Origin: an uncultured bacterium
GTDB lineage: Bacteria; Patescibacteriota; Patescibacteriia; Magasanikbacterales; GWA2-37-8
Assembly (NCBI GenBank): GCA_937903605.1
Contig: CALCZC010000028.1
Span: 6,680-70,679, forward strand
DNA length: 64,000 bases
Reading direction: 5' to 3'
Shown here: piece after piece, positions 1 to 9,012 of the stretch
How the letters are laid out: each line of letters opens with the position of its first letter
Numbering within the stretch: position 1 is the stretch's first letter
Translations under genes and position numbers: made by a program
Notes under the pieces: generated by a model
What the model saw: the letters and a program-made list of their open reading frames with translations, nothing else
Told to the model about the DNA's origin: nothing
The model's database searches: none

Positions 1-260
1 ATAAAACAAAAAGACCTACGGCCAAAAGAGCTTTTTTAGCAGAACAGCGTCTTGATTCGGATTTAGAACCGTTTGTCAAAGATTTGTTGATTGCAGAAAA
101 TTGGTATCGGGGTAATAACTATGAAGCAGCCAAAACATCTTTGGAATCGTTGTACAAAGAATGGATAAATTTACCCAGTGACGAAAAAGAACAAACTGTA
201 AATAGACAAAAAGAAGAAATTGTTAATCGAGCAAACACAAAGATCAATCAAACATATTAA
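1..260 (+). CDS. Hypothetical protein, C-terminal fragment; 5' end lies outside the window
   Basis: Frame is open from position 3 to a TAA stop at 258-260. No recognisable motif. Confidence 0.3.
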   Translation, partial: KTKRPTAKRAFLAEQRLDSDLEPFVKDLLIAENWYRGNNYEAAKTSLESLYKEWINLPSDEKEQTVNRQKEEIVNRANTKINQTY

Positions 261-270
261 GAAAAAAATT

Positions 271-714
271 ATGAAATTATTTAGAAAAAAATTTTTGTGG
301 ATATTGTTGATTGTCGCAGTATTTGTTCCCCTAAGTTTTGTTCAAGCTCAGACTTGGACAAAAATTTATCCAAAATGTATCCAATCTCAAATGACGGCGA
401 CAGGTCCTTGGAAATCAGACCCGGCCTGCGATGATCTGGGTGTTTTTATTGAATTGGCGATAAATATCGGGGCTTACATGTTTACATTTATTGGTGCGTT
501 GGCTCTATTGGTTTTTGTTTATGGTGGTTTTAAAATGATTATTTCTGCCGGAGATTCGGCAAAAATAAAAGAAGGTAAAGATGCTATGGTAGCTGCGGTT
601 ATCGGAATAATCATAGCATTTTCTGGTGTGGCGATAGTAAAATTTTTAGGTGATAGTTTACAACTGAAAGCTGAATATAGATTGGTACAGCCACCAACTA
701 CAACGCCAAATTAA
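271..714 (+). CDS. Pilin-like small secreted two-helix protein, paralog 1 (VirB2/TrbC-like 'T4SS pilin' type as annotated in CPR genomes)
   Basis: ATG at 271 follows an A-rich region. Has an N-terminal signal/TM segment and the conserved core VYGGFKMIISAGDSAKIKEGKDAM between two hydrophobic helices, a pattern shared with the 11 neighbours. Confidence 0.6.
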   Translation: MKLFRKKFLWILLIVAVFVPLSFVQAQTWTKIYPKCIQSQMTATGPWKSDPACDDLGVFIELAINIGAYMFTFIGALALLVFVYGGFKMIISAGDSAKIKEGKDAMVAAVIGIIIAFSGVAIVKFLGDSLQLKAEYRLVQPPTTTPN

Positions 715-720
715 TTTTAT

Positions 721-1083
721 ATGAAAAAAATTTTTTATTTTATATTATCTTTTTTATTATTAAGAGCCGATAATGTTTTTGCGGAAACAACTTCTGTCTA
801 CACCACAGAATCTCTTAAAAATAAGGCTACCACCAATCTTAATCCCGGTAATATCTGGAACACAGAAGATTTGTTGAGCCGAGGAATAAACGCCATGGTG
901 ATGTTTATGGGCTCTATCGCTTTGATTTTGATAGTTTATGCTGGTTTTTTGTGGATGACGGCGGGGGGAAATGATAGTAGGATAAGTAAGGCGCGAACGA
1001 TTATGATCTGGACCCTACTTGGCACGGTGGCTATAGGCGCAAGTTATGTTTTTGTGAAATTTGTTATAAATATTTTTGGTTAA
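721..1083 (+). CDS. Pilin-like protein, paralog 2
   Basis: Signal peptide. Core YAGFLWMTAGGNDSRISKARTIM, then a second hydrophobic helix. Confidence 0.65.
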   Translation: MKKIFYFILSFLLLRADNVFAETTSVYTTESLKNKATTNLNPGNIWNTEDLLSRGINAMVMFMGSIALILIVYAGFLWMTAGGNDSRISKARTIMIWTLLGTVAIGASYVFVKFVINIFG

Positions 1084-1103
1084 TAAAATTACCAAATTAA
1101 GAT

Positions 1104-1454
1104 ATGAAAAAATTTTTTTTATTTTTATTTATTTGTGCGATTTTTATTTTGACACCATCCTTTTCTTTGGCACAGGAGGTTGTTACATTGGAAAATCCTA
1201 TTCAAGATAAGTTTGCTACCGACGATCCGGCGGTTTTGATAGGTTATGTTATCAAAACTTTACTTGGTGTGGTTGGCGGGGTTTCGTTGTTAGTAATGGT
1301 TTATGGGGGATTCCAATGGCTTACGGCAGCGGGAAATGAAGATAAAATAAAAAAAGGAACCCAAACTATGCTTTGGTCGGCTATTGGACTAATTTTGGTT
1401 TTTTCCAGCTATTTATTAGTAGACACAATTTTTGGATTTTTTACTCCTAGATAA
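1104..1454 (+). CDS. Pilin-like protein, paralog 3
   Basis: Signal peptide. Core VYGGFQWLTAAGNEDKIKKGTQTM. Confidence 0.65.
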   Translation: MKKFFLFLFICAIFILTPSFSLAQEVVTLENPIQDKFATDDPAVLIGYVIKTLLGVVGGVSLLVMVYGGFQWLTAAGNEDKIKKGTQTMLWSAIGLILVFSSYLLVDTIFGFFTPR

Positions 1455-1525
1455 GTTGAAAAAAAACAATAAATAAAGTAAAATAAAAGTATGAAGAAAA
1501 TAAACTATAGAAGGGGGGTGAATAT

Positions 1526-1948
1526 ATGAAAAAAATAGTAAATTTAATATTAATGCTGACAATTTTGTTAAACGGTGTTTTGTTCGCTGTTTCAACAGTA
1601 TCAGCTCAAGCTTTGGAGACAAAAGATTTGATTAAAACAGACACTCTTGATCAAACAGGTTTAAAACAAGCAGATTTGCCATCTGTAATTGCTCAAATTA
1701 TCCGTACTGCCATGGGCTTGCTTGGTATCGTCGCTGTAGTCATCATTCTTATTGGTGGTTTTTATTGGATGACAGCCGGAGGGGACGAAGGACGTGTAGA
1801 AACCGGTAAAAAATGGATTTTTTCCGGGATTATCGGTTTGGCGATTATCTTGTCCGCTTATGCTTTAGCCACTTTTGTTATCAATTCCTTGACAGACGCT
1901 ATCGATGTAAGTGAACCAGTTGCCATTGGTTATGTTTTGAATGTATAG
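1526..1948 (+). CDS. Pilin-like protein, paralog 4
   Basis: RBS GGGGGG precedes the ATG. Signal peptide. Core IGGFYWMTAGGDEGRVETGKKWI. Confidence 0.65.
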   Translation: MKKIVNLILMLTILLNGVLFAVSTVSAQALETKDLIKTDTLDQTGLKQADLPSVIAQIIRTAMGLLGIVAVVIILIGGFYWMTAGGDEGRVETGKKWIFSGIIGLAIILSAYALATFVINSLTDAIDVSEPVAIGYVLNV

Positions 1949-2031
1949 TTTTTTTTCAAAGGGGGTTCGCGCGCGCAACCCCCTTTGAAAAATTGCTTTT
2001 TGCTGATAATTTTTTGTCATCAAAAAACAAT

Positions 2032-2421
2032 ATGAAAAAAAATAAAAAAATATTATTAGTAATAATGACCTTTGTTTTAATGGTACCGTTTTTGTTGTCT
2101 GCGGCGGAAAAACCTGATAAATACGGCGCTTATAATGTTTTTCATAATAGCCTTTTGTCAACTATTGGGATTGCTAATACAGGGGACGATCCCCTGGTTA
2201 TTGTTAATAAAATTGTTAATTTAATTTTGGGTTTTATCGGGATTGTTTTATTTGGGCTTATGCTTTATGCCGGGTTTACTTGGATCAAATCGCGGGGAAA
2301 TACCAATGAAGTAGATAGAGCTAAAAATATTATTGAAAATTGTTTATATGGTATATTGATAATCGTGTTGGCTTATGGTATTTCGGAATTTATTTTCAAT
2401 ATTCTCATAGGACTTGGTTAA
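2032..2421 (+). CDS. Pilin-like protein, paralog 5
   Basis: Internal ATG at 2032 (MKKNKKILL) is chosen because it precedes the signal peptide. Core YAGFTWIKSRGNTNEVDRAKNII. Confidence 0.6.
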   Translation: MKKNKKILLVIMTFVLMVPFLLSAAEKPDKYGAYNVFHNSLLSTIGIANTGDDPLVIVNKIVNLILGFIGIVLFGLMLYAGFTWIKSRGNTNEVDRAKNIIENCLYGILIIVLAYGISEFIFNILIGLG

Positions 2422-2428
2422 TTTAAAT

Positions 2429-2944
2429 ATGCGTAAAATAATAATTTTTTTAAGTTTTGTTTTATTACTTAGCGCCACGGCTGTTTGGGCGCAAAAATGG
2501 GGTTTGGATACAGCTGGAGAAACATCGGGTTTAAAAGATACTGCTATTGCTAAAACAGGAAGTATACCATCAGCTGTCGGTATAGTTTTGGGACAAGCTG
2601 TTTTATATTTAGGTATTATCTTTTTTCTCTTGATAGTTTATGCCGGATTTCTATGGATGACAGCCGGAGGAAATGATAAAAAAGTAGAGGAAGGTAAACA
2701 GATTTTGATCGCTGCGGTAACTGGTTTGGTAATAGTAATTTCCGCTTATGCGATAACCAGATTTGTTTTTGGTGAAGTTTTGAGTGTAAGTGTAAAAAAA
2801 TGTACCACAATCGAACAAAAAGCAAAATTTGCCGCTTGTCAGGATAAAAACACCCAAGCATGTATTTTTGAAGGAATAAAAGGAAATTACGAGCCTGGGC
2901 TTTGTGATGGAGGAATTAATATTCAGTGTTGTATAGTTAGATAG
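2429..2944 (+). CDS. Pilin-like protein, paralog 6, with a C-terminal 6-Cys module (C..C..C..C..CC)
   Basis: Core YAGFLWMTAGGNDKKVEEGKQIL. C-terminus KKCTTIEQKAKFAACQDKNTQACIFEGIKGNYEPGLCDGGINIQCCIVR. Confidence 0.65.
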   Translation: MRKIIIFLSFVLLLSATAVWAQKWGLDTAGETSGLKDTAIAKTGSIPSAVGIVLGQAVLYLGIIFFLLIVYAGFLWMTAGGNDKKVEEGKQILIAAVTGLVIVISAYAITRFVFGEVLSVSVKKCTTIEQKAKFAACQDKNTQACIFEGIKGNYEPGLCDGGINIQCCIVR

Positions 2945-2969
2945 AAATAAAATTAATTTTATTTAAATT

Positions 2970-3473
2970 ATGAAAAAAATCTTTATTTTATTTTTGATTG
3001 TCGGATCCTTAACTAGCTCTCTTGTTTTAGCTCAAGGTTTTGGTGAAGATAAATTACAAAATATAGCCCAAAAAGCAAACTTAGACACTGATCCGTTGGA
3101 TACTAGGGTAGGGAGTATCATTGCCGGTATTTTAGGACTTCTTGGGACAGTATTTTTGGTTTTGACTATTTACGCCGGAGTTTTATGGATGACAGCCAGT
3201 GGCGAGGAAGCCAAAATAGAAAAAGCCAAAGACATTCTCAAAGCTGCGATTATTGGCCTGGCAATTGTAATGTCTGCTTACACAATTACTTATTTTGTGG
3301 GAAATAGATTAGGGGCTTCAGGCGGTTCTGATCAAAATACTATAGGGTGTTGTATATTGATAGCACCAGATGGCACAAAAAGATATTCTCCATCTTCTAA
3401 ACAAGGATGTGTAAATCCTGATCCTTCCGCGTTGTCAACCGATTGGGTTTCTGGTAGTTGTCCTTCACCATAA
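2970..3473 (+). CDS. Pilin-like protein, paralog 7, with a Cys-containing C-terminal extension
   Basis: Core YAGVLWMTASGEEAKIEKAKDIL. C-terminus GCCILIAPDGTKRYSPSSKQGCVNPDP...SGSCPSP. Confidence 0.65.
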   Translation: MKKIFILFLIVGSLTSSLVLAQGFGEDKLQNIAQKANLDTDPLDTRVGSIIAGILGLLGTVFLVLTIYAGVLWMTASGEEAKIEKAKDILKAAIIGLAIVMSAYTITYFVGNRLGASGGSDQNTIGCCILIAPDGTKRYSPSSKQGCVNPDPSALSTDWVSGSCPSP

Positions 3474-3481
3474 TAAAAAAT

Positions 3482-3862
3482 ATGAGAACAAATATTAAAA
3501 AAATTTTTTTTATATTAAATATATTTATTTTAGTAGTTCTATCTTTATTTTTTTGTGGAAAAGCTTTGGCTGAAGAAAAACCTTCTTTTAATACGTCAAA
3601 AACCAAAATGCAGATGTTTGCCATAGATTTAAATTTTAGTAATTTTGATAAATCTGCAGAAAATATTATTAAACAAGTTATGTTTTTGGTAAATAGTTTA
3701 TTTTTTATCTTTATGATTTATGCGGGCATACTATGGCTGAGTTCTTCCGGAGAAGAAGCAAAAATAACTAAAGCCAAAACTATTATTATTTGGTGTGCCA
3801 TAGGTATGGTGGTAACTTTGAGTGCTTACTCCATAACAGCTTTTGTCTTGAGTAAACTTTGA
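3482..3862 (+). CDS. Pilin-like protein, paralog 8
   Basis: Start at internal ATG 3482 (MRTNIKKIFF). Core YAGILWLSSSGEEAKITKAKTII. Confidence 0.6.
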   Translation: MRTNIKKIFFILNIFILVVLSLFFCGKALAEEKPSFNTSKTKMQMFAIDLNFSNFDKSAENIIKQVMFLVNSLFFIFMIYAGILWLSSSGEEAKITKAKTIIIWCAIGMVVTLSAYSITAFVLSKL

Positions 3863-3869
3863 TTTAAAT

Positions 3870-4256
3870 ATGCTTAAGAAATTTATAATTCTAACTATCT
3901 TTGGCGGTTTATTTATTCCAACACTTTTTTGTTTTGCTCAGGATCCACTCCAAAATATTGCCAATGAAGCCGGTTATAAAACAGAGGGTGTTACCGAATA
4001 TTCTTTTTCCGAAACAGTCGGTACTTATATAAAAGGCATTTTAGTGATACTAGGAGTAATATTTTTTGTTTTAACTTTTTATGCCGGATTTTTATGGTTG
4101 ACAGCCAGTGGAGATGAAAGCAAAGTGGATACGGCAAAAAAAATTATTACCGGCGCCACGATTGGGCTAATAATAATTGTTATTTCTTACGGAATTACAT
4201 CTTTTGTTTTAACTAATATTCAAAAAACTGCGCAATTGCAAAAAATAGGTAAATAA
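3870..4256 (+). CDS. Pilin-like protein, paralog 9
   Basis: Core YAGFLWLTASGDESKVDTAKKII. Confidence 0.65.
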   Translation: MLKKFIILTIFGGLFIPTLFCFAQDPLQNIANEAGYKTEGVTEYSFSETVGTYIKGILVILGVIFFVLTFYAGFLWLTASGDESKVDTAKKIITGATIGLIIIVISYGITSFVLTNIQKTAQLQKIGK

Positions 4257-4261
4257 TTTAT

Positions 4262-4906
4262 ATGTCAAAGAAAATTTTAATTTTATTTTTATTATCCGTT
4301 TTTTGTTTTGCTGGTGCGGTTTGGGCTCAACCAAATATTGGTTTGGATACAGCCAGTAATATAGCCGCGCAAAGTGGATTGCCGATTTCCGGAGCTTCAG
4401 AAACAGGCTTGGCAGAAACAATTGGTAGATATATCAACATATTGCTTGGTTTTACAGGGATGATTTTTATGGTTTTGACATTATATGCCGGTTATTTATG
4501 GATGTTTGGCGGTGGTAATGAAGAAAACATTGCTCAAGCCAAAAAAACAATCACTTCTTCAATTATTGGGTTGGCAGTAATTTTACTTTCTTATAGCATA
4601 ACCGCATTGATAATGTGGGCGGTGGCCGGCACCACTAAACCAGAGCCTTATGGAGAATTGGAATTGACTGGCCCCAGCACATATACAGGTTGTTGTTTTG
4701 TAGCAACACCAGGGTGTACTAAAACACTGGGCGTTGGAAGGGCGGAATACACGGTTCCTTGTGGTAAGTGTCGTGAAAATATGGGATCAAGAGATTGTAG
4801 TGGAGATACAGGTAAACCAAAGGGCAAATGGTTTACTGATGGCTGCACCAAAGCTCAAAATGACAATGATTTTATTTGCACAGATTATGAGTTTAGCTCG
4901 ATTTAA
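4262..4906 (+). CDS. Pilin-like protein, paralog 10, with a ~90-aa C-terminal extension containing 10 Cys
   Basis: Core YAGYLWMFGGGNEENIAQAKKTI. C-terminus GCCFVATPGCTKTLG...PCGKCRENMGSRDCSG...GCTKAQNDNDFICTDYEF. Confidence 0.65.
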   Translation: MSKKILILFLLSVFCFAGAVWAQPNIGLDTASNIAAQSGLPISGASETGLAETIGRYINILLGFTGMIFMVLTLYAGYLWMFGGGNEENIAQAKKTITSSIIGLAVILLSYSITALIMWAVAGTTKPEPYGELELTGPSTYTGCCFVATPGCTKTLGVGRAEYTVPCGKCRENMGSRDCSGDTGKPKGKWFTDGCTKAQNDNDFICTDYEFSSI

Positions 4907-4934
4907 TAAATAATGAAATATTTTAAAAACCATT

Positions 4935-5330
4935 ATGTTTAAAAAAATAATTTTGATTGGCCTATTTACCCCTTTGCTTATTGGCAGTTTTGAATTTTGT
5001 GTTGCGCAAAGTGAAATGGAAAAACAACTTCAAGCCGCAGCCGGAGAAAAAGGAGCCGGATTTGAGAAGGCGGTAGATCCGTGGGATATGGTTTTTTTGG
5101 TTATTCGTTATGCTTTGAGTTTTTTGGGTTTTGTGTTTGTCCTTTTGACCATATATGCCGGAGCTTTATGGATGTTTTCAGGCGGTGAAGAAAATAAAAT
5201 AGAAACAGCCAAGAGTATTTTGACTGCCTCGGTTATTGGAGTATTAATAATTTTACTTTCTTATTCAATTACTTTTTTTGTTTTTAAACTATTTTTACTT
5301 GACGGGGCGACTTTTAGGATGCGTAAATAA
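4935..5330 (+). CDS. Pilin-like protein, paralog 11
   Basis: Core YAGALWMFSGGEENKIETAKSIL. Confidence 0.65.
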   Translation: MFKKIILIGLFTPLLIGSFEFCVAQSEMEKQLQAAAGEKGAGFEKAVDPWDMVFLVIRYALSFLGFVFVLLTIYAGALWMFSGGEENKIETAKSILTASVIGVLIILLSYSITFFVFKLFLLDGATFRMRK

Positions 5331-5364
5331 AATCAAGATAAAAATAACTCCGATTTGTTCGGGG

Positions 5365-6447
5365 TTATTTTTTTATAGCTAAAGAAAGTATTTGAGAATT
5401 GGGAAGATTATCGGATCTGTTTTTTGTTTTTTCTATTTTTAACAATTCTGAAATTTGTTTAGATATGTTTTTTTCTTCTATTTTAATTGCTAAATTATTT
5501 TTTAAAAAGTATTTTTCATTCAGTTCTTCTTGTCCGGGAATTGATTTTGACAAAATTATTTTTTTATTCAAATAAGCGCATTCGGTTAAAGTCAGTCCGC
5601 CTGGTTTGGTGATGATAATATCAGAAACCGCCATTAAATCTTCTATTTTTTCCACAAATTCAAATACTTGATAATTATAAAATCTCTCGTTTTTAAGTGA
5701 TAAATATCTTTTTACCAGTTTTTTATTACCTTTTCCGGCAATAACCAACAAATTTAAATCAGGAAAATTTTTAAGTATTTTTTTTATTAAAAATTTTTGA
5801 TTTTTTATCCCGAATCCGCCTGACATTATCAAAACAGTCTGATTTTTTGGATCTACGCCATATTTTGATTTTAAAAATTCAATATTTTTCTCTTCAAAAA
5901 AGGCCGGATTAATTGGTAAGCCGGTATTAAAGGAATTTAGTCCGTTAGCAGTTAAAGTGTCGGTTATTTGTTGATTGGCGGTATAAAAATTTCTTATTTT
6001 TGGACTTAGCCAAAAACCATGAAGCCCATAATCCGTAATAACCATATCTACAGGTAAATCGGGAAAATTTTTTTTGATCATAGCAGGAATCAGAAAGTGG
6101 GTGGCTATTATCAAATCTGGATCATAATTTTTTATGAACGCTTGGAGTTTTGGACTATTCAAGGCAAAAAGACCGGAAAGTTTTTCTATCAAAATAGCGG
6201 TTTTTGGAGAATCGGTAAATTTATAGGCTAGACGATAAATAAAAGGAATATATCTTACTAGGAAATGATAAGCTTGCGCTGTATGTAAATTCAAAAATTT
6301 AGTGGAGTAATCCAAAATATCAATATGTTGAGATTTAATGTCAGGATATTCTTTTTGACAGCTCAAAAAAAGAGCTTGGGCCGCTCGTTTGTGGCCAGCA
6401 CCAGCAGACATGGATAAAAACAATATTTTTTGGATTGGCTTGTTCAT
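5365..6447 (-). CDS. Glycosyltransferase family 28, MGDG synthase / UgtP-type diacylglycerol glycosyltransferase-like
   Basis: N-terminus ILFLSMSAGAGHKRAAQAL matches the MGDG-synthase N-terminal motif. C-terminal half resembles the GT28 C-terminal domain (GGFG, nucleotide-sugar binding). Confidence 0.6.
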   Translation of the reverse strand: MNKPIQKILFLSMSAGAGHKRAAQALFLSCQKEYPDIKSQHIDILDYSTKFLNLHTAQAYHFLVRYIPFIYRLAYKFTDSPKTAILIEKLSGLFALNSPKLQAFIKNYDPDLIIATHFLIPAMIKKNFPDLPVDMVITDYGLHGFWLSPKIRNFYTANQQITDTLTANGLNSFNTGLPINPAFFEEKNIEFLKSKYGVDPKNQTVLIMSGGFGIKNQKFLIKKILKNFPDLNLLVIAGKGNKKLVKRYLSLKNERFYNYQVFEFVEKIEDLMAVSDIIITKPGGLTLTECAYLNKKIILSKSIPGQEELNEKYFLKNNLAIKIEEKNISKQISELLKIEKTKNRSDNLPNSQILSLAIKK

Positions 6448-6538
6448 GATTTAAGTATAGGGGTAAAAGATGTTTTTTGTAAAGAAGAAAAAATATTAAT
6501 AAAAAAACACTTCTTTTTATAGAAGTATTTTTTGTATT

Positions 6539-6614
6539 TGGGGTGGCTATCGGGAATTGAACCCGAATTATCGGTACCACAAACCGATGTAATAACCATT
6601 ATACCATAGCCACC
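6539..6614 (-). tRNA. tRNA-His (anticodon GTG)
   Basis: Cloverleaf can be drawn. G-1 pairs with C73 as in tRNA-His. Anticodon loop TTGTGGT. T-loop GGTTCAATTCC. CCA is encoded. Confidence 0.8.
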
Positions 6615-7023
6615 GTTTAACTAGACCACAGTCCGTCAGACTACAGACTACAAAATTCGAATCGTCGAAGTCTGTAGACCGTAGTCCGAAGTCCAATCTA
6701 TATTGAAATTTTACTAACACGTTTGCGTAAAATTTTGGTTTTTGTTTTCAAAATTTTACCAATTTTTGTGTTTTTTTTGCAGTGTTTTATGCGGGCTTTA
6801 TAGGCGCTGTTCATAAAATATACATTAAAATATTGAATTAATTATTATGCATTATAACAGAAAGTTTTTATTTTTCAAGCCCCCGGCTTCGCTAAAGCTA
6901 CGCCAGGCAAGCACCAGGCTTCGTTTAGGTTTCGCTAAAGTTACGCCGGACTATGCTAGGCAAGCTCTTTTTTATCGGGTTTCTTACAAGCTTTACTGCT
7001 TACTGGCTTACTAGCTTATTTTG

Positions 7024-7095
7024 TATCCCCAGTAGGAATCGAACCTACATATTCAGCTTAGAAGGCTGATGTTCTATCCATTGAACTATGGGGAC
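7024..7095 (-). tRNA. tRNA-Arg (anticodon TCT)
   Basis: Acceptor GTCCCCA/TGGGGAT. Anticodon loop CTTCTAA. T-arm GTAGGTTCGATTCCTAC. No CCA encoded. Confidence 0.75.
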
Positions 7096-7189
7096 AAAAA
7101 TTCACCAGCAACTATAACACGTTTTGCTTTAAAAATCAAGGTGTGATAAAATAAAAACAGCTTAAAAGTTCATTTATAAGCTTATTTAT

Positions 7190-7918
7190 ATGCATTTTGA
7201 AAATAAAAATTTTAAAAAAGTGTTTATTTTGGCAATTTTTGCTATTGTTCTTTGCGTGCCAATTTTTGTTTTTTCTCAAGGTTTTGGTCTGGAAGAAACA
7301 GCTGGCAAAGGTGGGTATGATACAGCGCCTAGAGATGTTTATTCCATGATAGGAAATATCACAAATGCAGCTTTTGCAACCGTTGCTTTTATCTTTTTTG
7401 CTTTGACAGTATATGCTGGATTACGTTGGATCACCGCTCGTGGAAAAGAAGACTTGATAGAGAAAGCTAAGAGTACAATGGAATCGGCGATTATCGGGTT
7501 GATTGTCGTGGCTTTATCTTATACAATTGCCAGTTTTGTAATAAATAGATTATCGCCACCAAAAACATCTACCACGGGAGGAACAACACAAAACCTTGCA
7601 ACAGACAAAGAGTGTACTGATAAAGGTGGTTTTTGTACAGCTGGAAGTTGTGTTTTTGGAGAAAAACCCGATGATGGTGTTAAATGTAAAGATGCGGGAT
7701 ATGTTTGTTGTGTTAAAGATATACCTAAACAACCAAAATATTCCGATTCAAAATATTGTTGTATAAAAAAGCAGAGTGACTCTACTAAAAACAAGTGTTG
7801 GCCTTTGAATAGTAATTCTACAGCTTCAATGTCTGATGAAGGAAGCAAATGTATTTATGAATATTATGGTTTTGTACAAAACGGTAGTTGTAACACGACA
7901 ATGTTTGGTTGCGAGTAG
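7190..7918 (+). CDS. Pilin-like protein, paralog 12, with a long cysteine-rich C-terminal extension
   Basis: Core YAGLRWITARGKEDLIEKAKSTM. C-terminus contains CTDKGGFCTAGSCVFGEKPDDGVKCKDAGYVCC plus a second Cys-rich block. Confidence 0.65.
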   Translation: MHFENKNFKKVFILAIFAIVLCVPIFVFSQGFGLEETAGKGGYDTAPRDVYSMIGNITNAAFATVAFIFFALTVYAGLRWITARGKEDLIEKAKSTMESAIIGLIVVALSYTIASFVINRLSPPKTSTTGGTTQNLATDKECTDKGGFCTAGSCVFGEKPDDGVKCKDAGYVCCVKDIPKQPKYSDSKYCCIKKQSDSTKNKCWPLNSNSTASMSDEGSKCIYEYYGFVQNGSCNTTMFGCE

Positions 7919-7925
7919 TCAATTC

Positions 7926-7954
7926 TTGACAAAACACTTTATTTCTGCTAATAT
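7926..7954 (+). promoter_or_regulatory. Sigma70-type promoter for rpsO
   Basis: TTGACA, 17-nt spacer, TAATAT. Confidence 0.45.
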
Positions 7955-8024
7955 CTCTTTATTATAACTTACTTAACCCGTTCGGGTCCCATACCCCAGA
8001 TCGCGGTTTTAAACAATATTTTGT

Positions 8025-8396
8025 ATGTTGGACAATAAAAAGAAACAGCAAATTATCAAAAAATTTGCTACCCACACCGGAGATACCGGAAGTTCTGAAG
8101 TGCAAATTGCCATTTTGACTCATGAAATTGAGGAATTGGCCTCTCACTTGAAAACTCATCCCAAAGACCATTCTTCTCGTCGTGGGTTGTTGCGTAAAGT
8201 TAGCGCTCGCCGTCGTCTTATCGCTTATTTGAAAAAAGACAATCCGGAAAGTTTTGAAGAACTGGCAAAAAAATTGAAACTTAAACAAGCCAGAGTTATC
8301 AAAAATCCAAACATCAAAGAAGAAGAAGTTTTGGACGAAGAAATTTTGGACGAAGAAATTGAAAAAGAATTAGAAAATGAAAAAGATTCTGAATAA
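8025..8396 (+). CDS. rpsO: 30S ribosomal protein S15, with a ~30-aa acidic C-terminal tail
   Basis: GDTGSSEVQIAILTHEIEELASHLKTHPKDHSSRRGLLRKVSARRRLIAYL is a classic S15 sequence. The tail is EEEVLDEEILDEEIEKELENEKDSE. Confidence 0.9.
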   Translation: MLDNKKKQQIIKKFATHTGDTGSSEVQIAILTHEIEELASHLKTHPKDHSSRRGLLRKVSARRRLIAYLKKDNPESFEELAKKLKLKQARVIKNPNIKEEEVLDEEILDEEIEKELENEKDSE

Positions 8397-8919
8397 AAAA
8401 TCACATCCTCTCAAACACCCCGAACAACGCGTTGGGGTGTTTATTGATGTGCAAAATATGTATTACAGCGCCAAAAATCTTTTTGGCGCCAAAGTTAATT
8501 TTGGAGAAATAGTCAGAGAAGCCGTAGCCGGACGTAAATTGATCCGTGCCATTGCTTATGTCATTTCTACCGAAAGTAAAGAAGAACAACCTTTTTTTGA
8601 AGCACTTTATAACCTGGGGATTGAAACTCGCGAAAAACCGTTGCAGACATTTTATGGCGGAGAAAAAAAAGGTGACTGGGATGTAGGGATTACGGTTGAC
8701 GCAATTCGTTTATCTCCAAGCTTGGATACTATCATTATTGTATCTGGCGATGGAGATTATTTACCTCTTGTAGAATATTTACAAAATCAAGGCAAACAGT
8801 TGGAAGTGGTGGCTTTTGGTAATACCGCTTCCGCCAGATTAAAAGAAGAAGCCGACGATTTTATAGATTTGAGTGAAGATAAAGGAAAGTTTTTGATCAG
8901 AAATTATAAAAGAAATTAA
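8377..8919 (+). CDS. NYN-domain (LabA-like, PIN-related) protein
   Basis: GVFIDVQNMYYS ... IIIVSGDGDYLPLV matches the NYN/LabA fold signature. Confidence 0.6.
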   Translation: MKKILNKKSHPLKHPEQRVGVFIDVQNMYYSAKNLFGAKVNFGEIVREAVAGRKLIRAIAYVISTESKEEQPFFEALYNLGIETREKPLQTFYGGEKKGDWDVGITVDAIRLSPSLDTIIIVSGDGDYLPLVEYLQNQGKQLEVVAFGNTASARLKEEADDFIDLSEDKGKFLIRNYKRN

Positions 8920-9012
8920 AATTTATTTATTAAGGGTTGGTTTGGAGACAAAAGAGACTTCTTTCAATGAGGTCTTCAAAGCTTCCAAATCATCCCATAA
9001 CATTTTTTTGTT

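Noticed and set aside
6616-7023. Possible small protein gene (MHYNRKFLFFKPPASLKLRQAST...) or third tRNA between tRNA-His and tRNA-Arg
   Set aside because: No cloverleaf can be drawn. The ORF is under 60 aa and is made of degenerate tandem repeats (TTCGCTAAAG.TACGCC.G...GCAAGC, twice). It more likely holds promoter or repeat DNA for the divergent tRNA genes.
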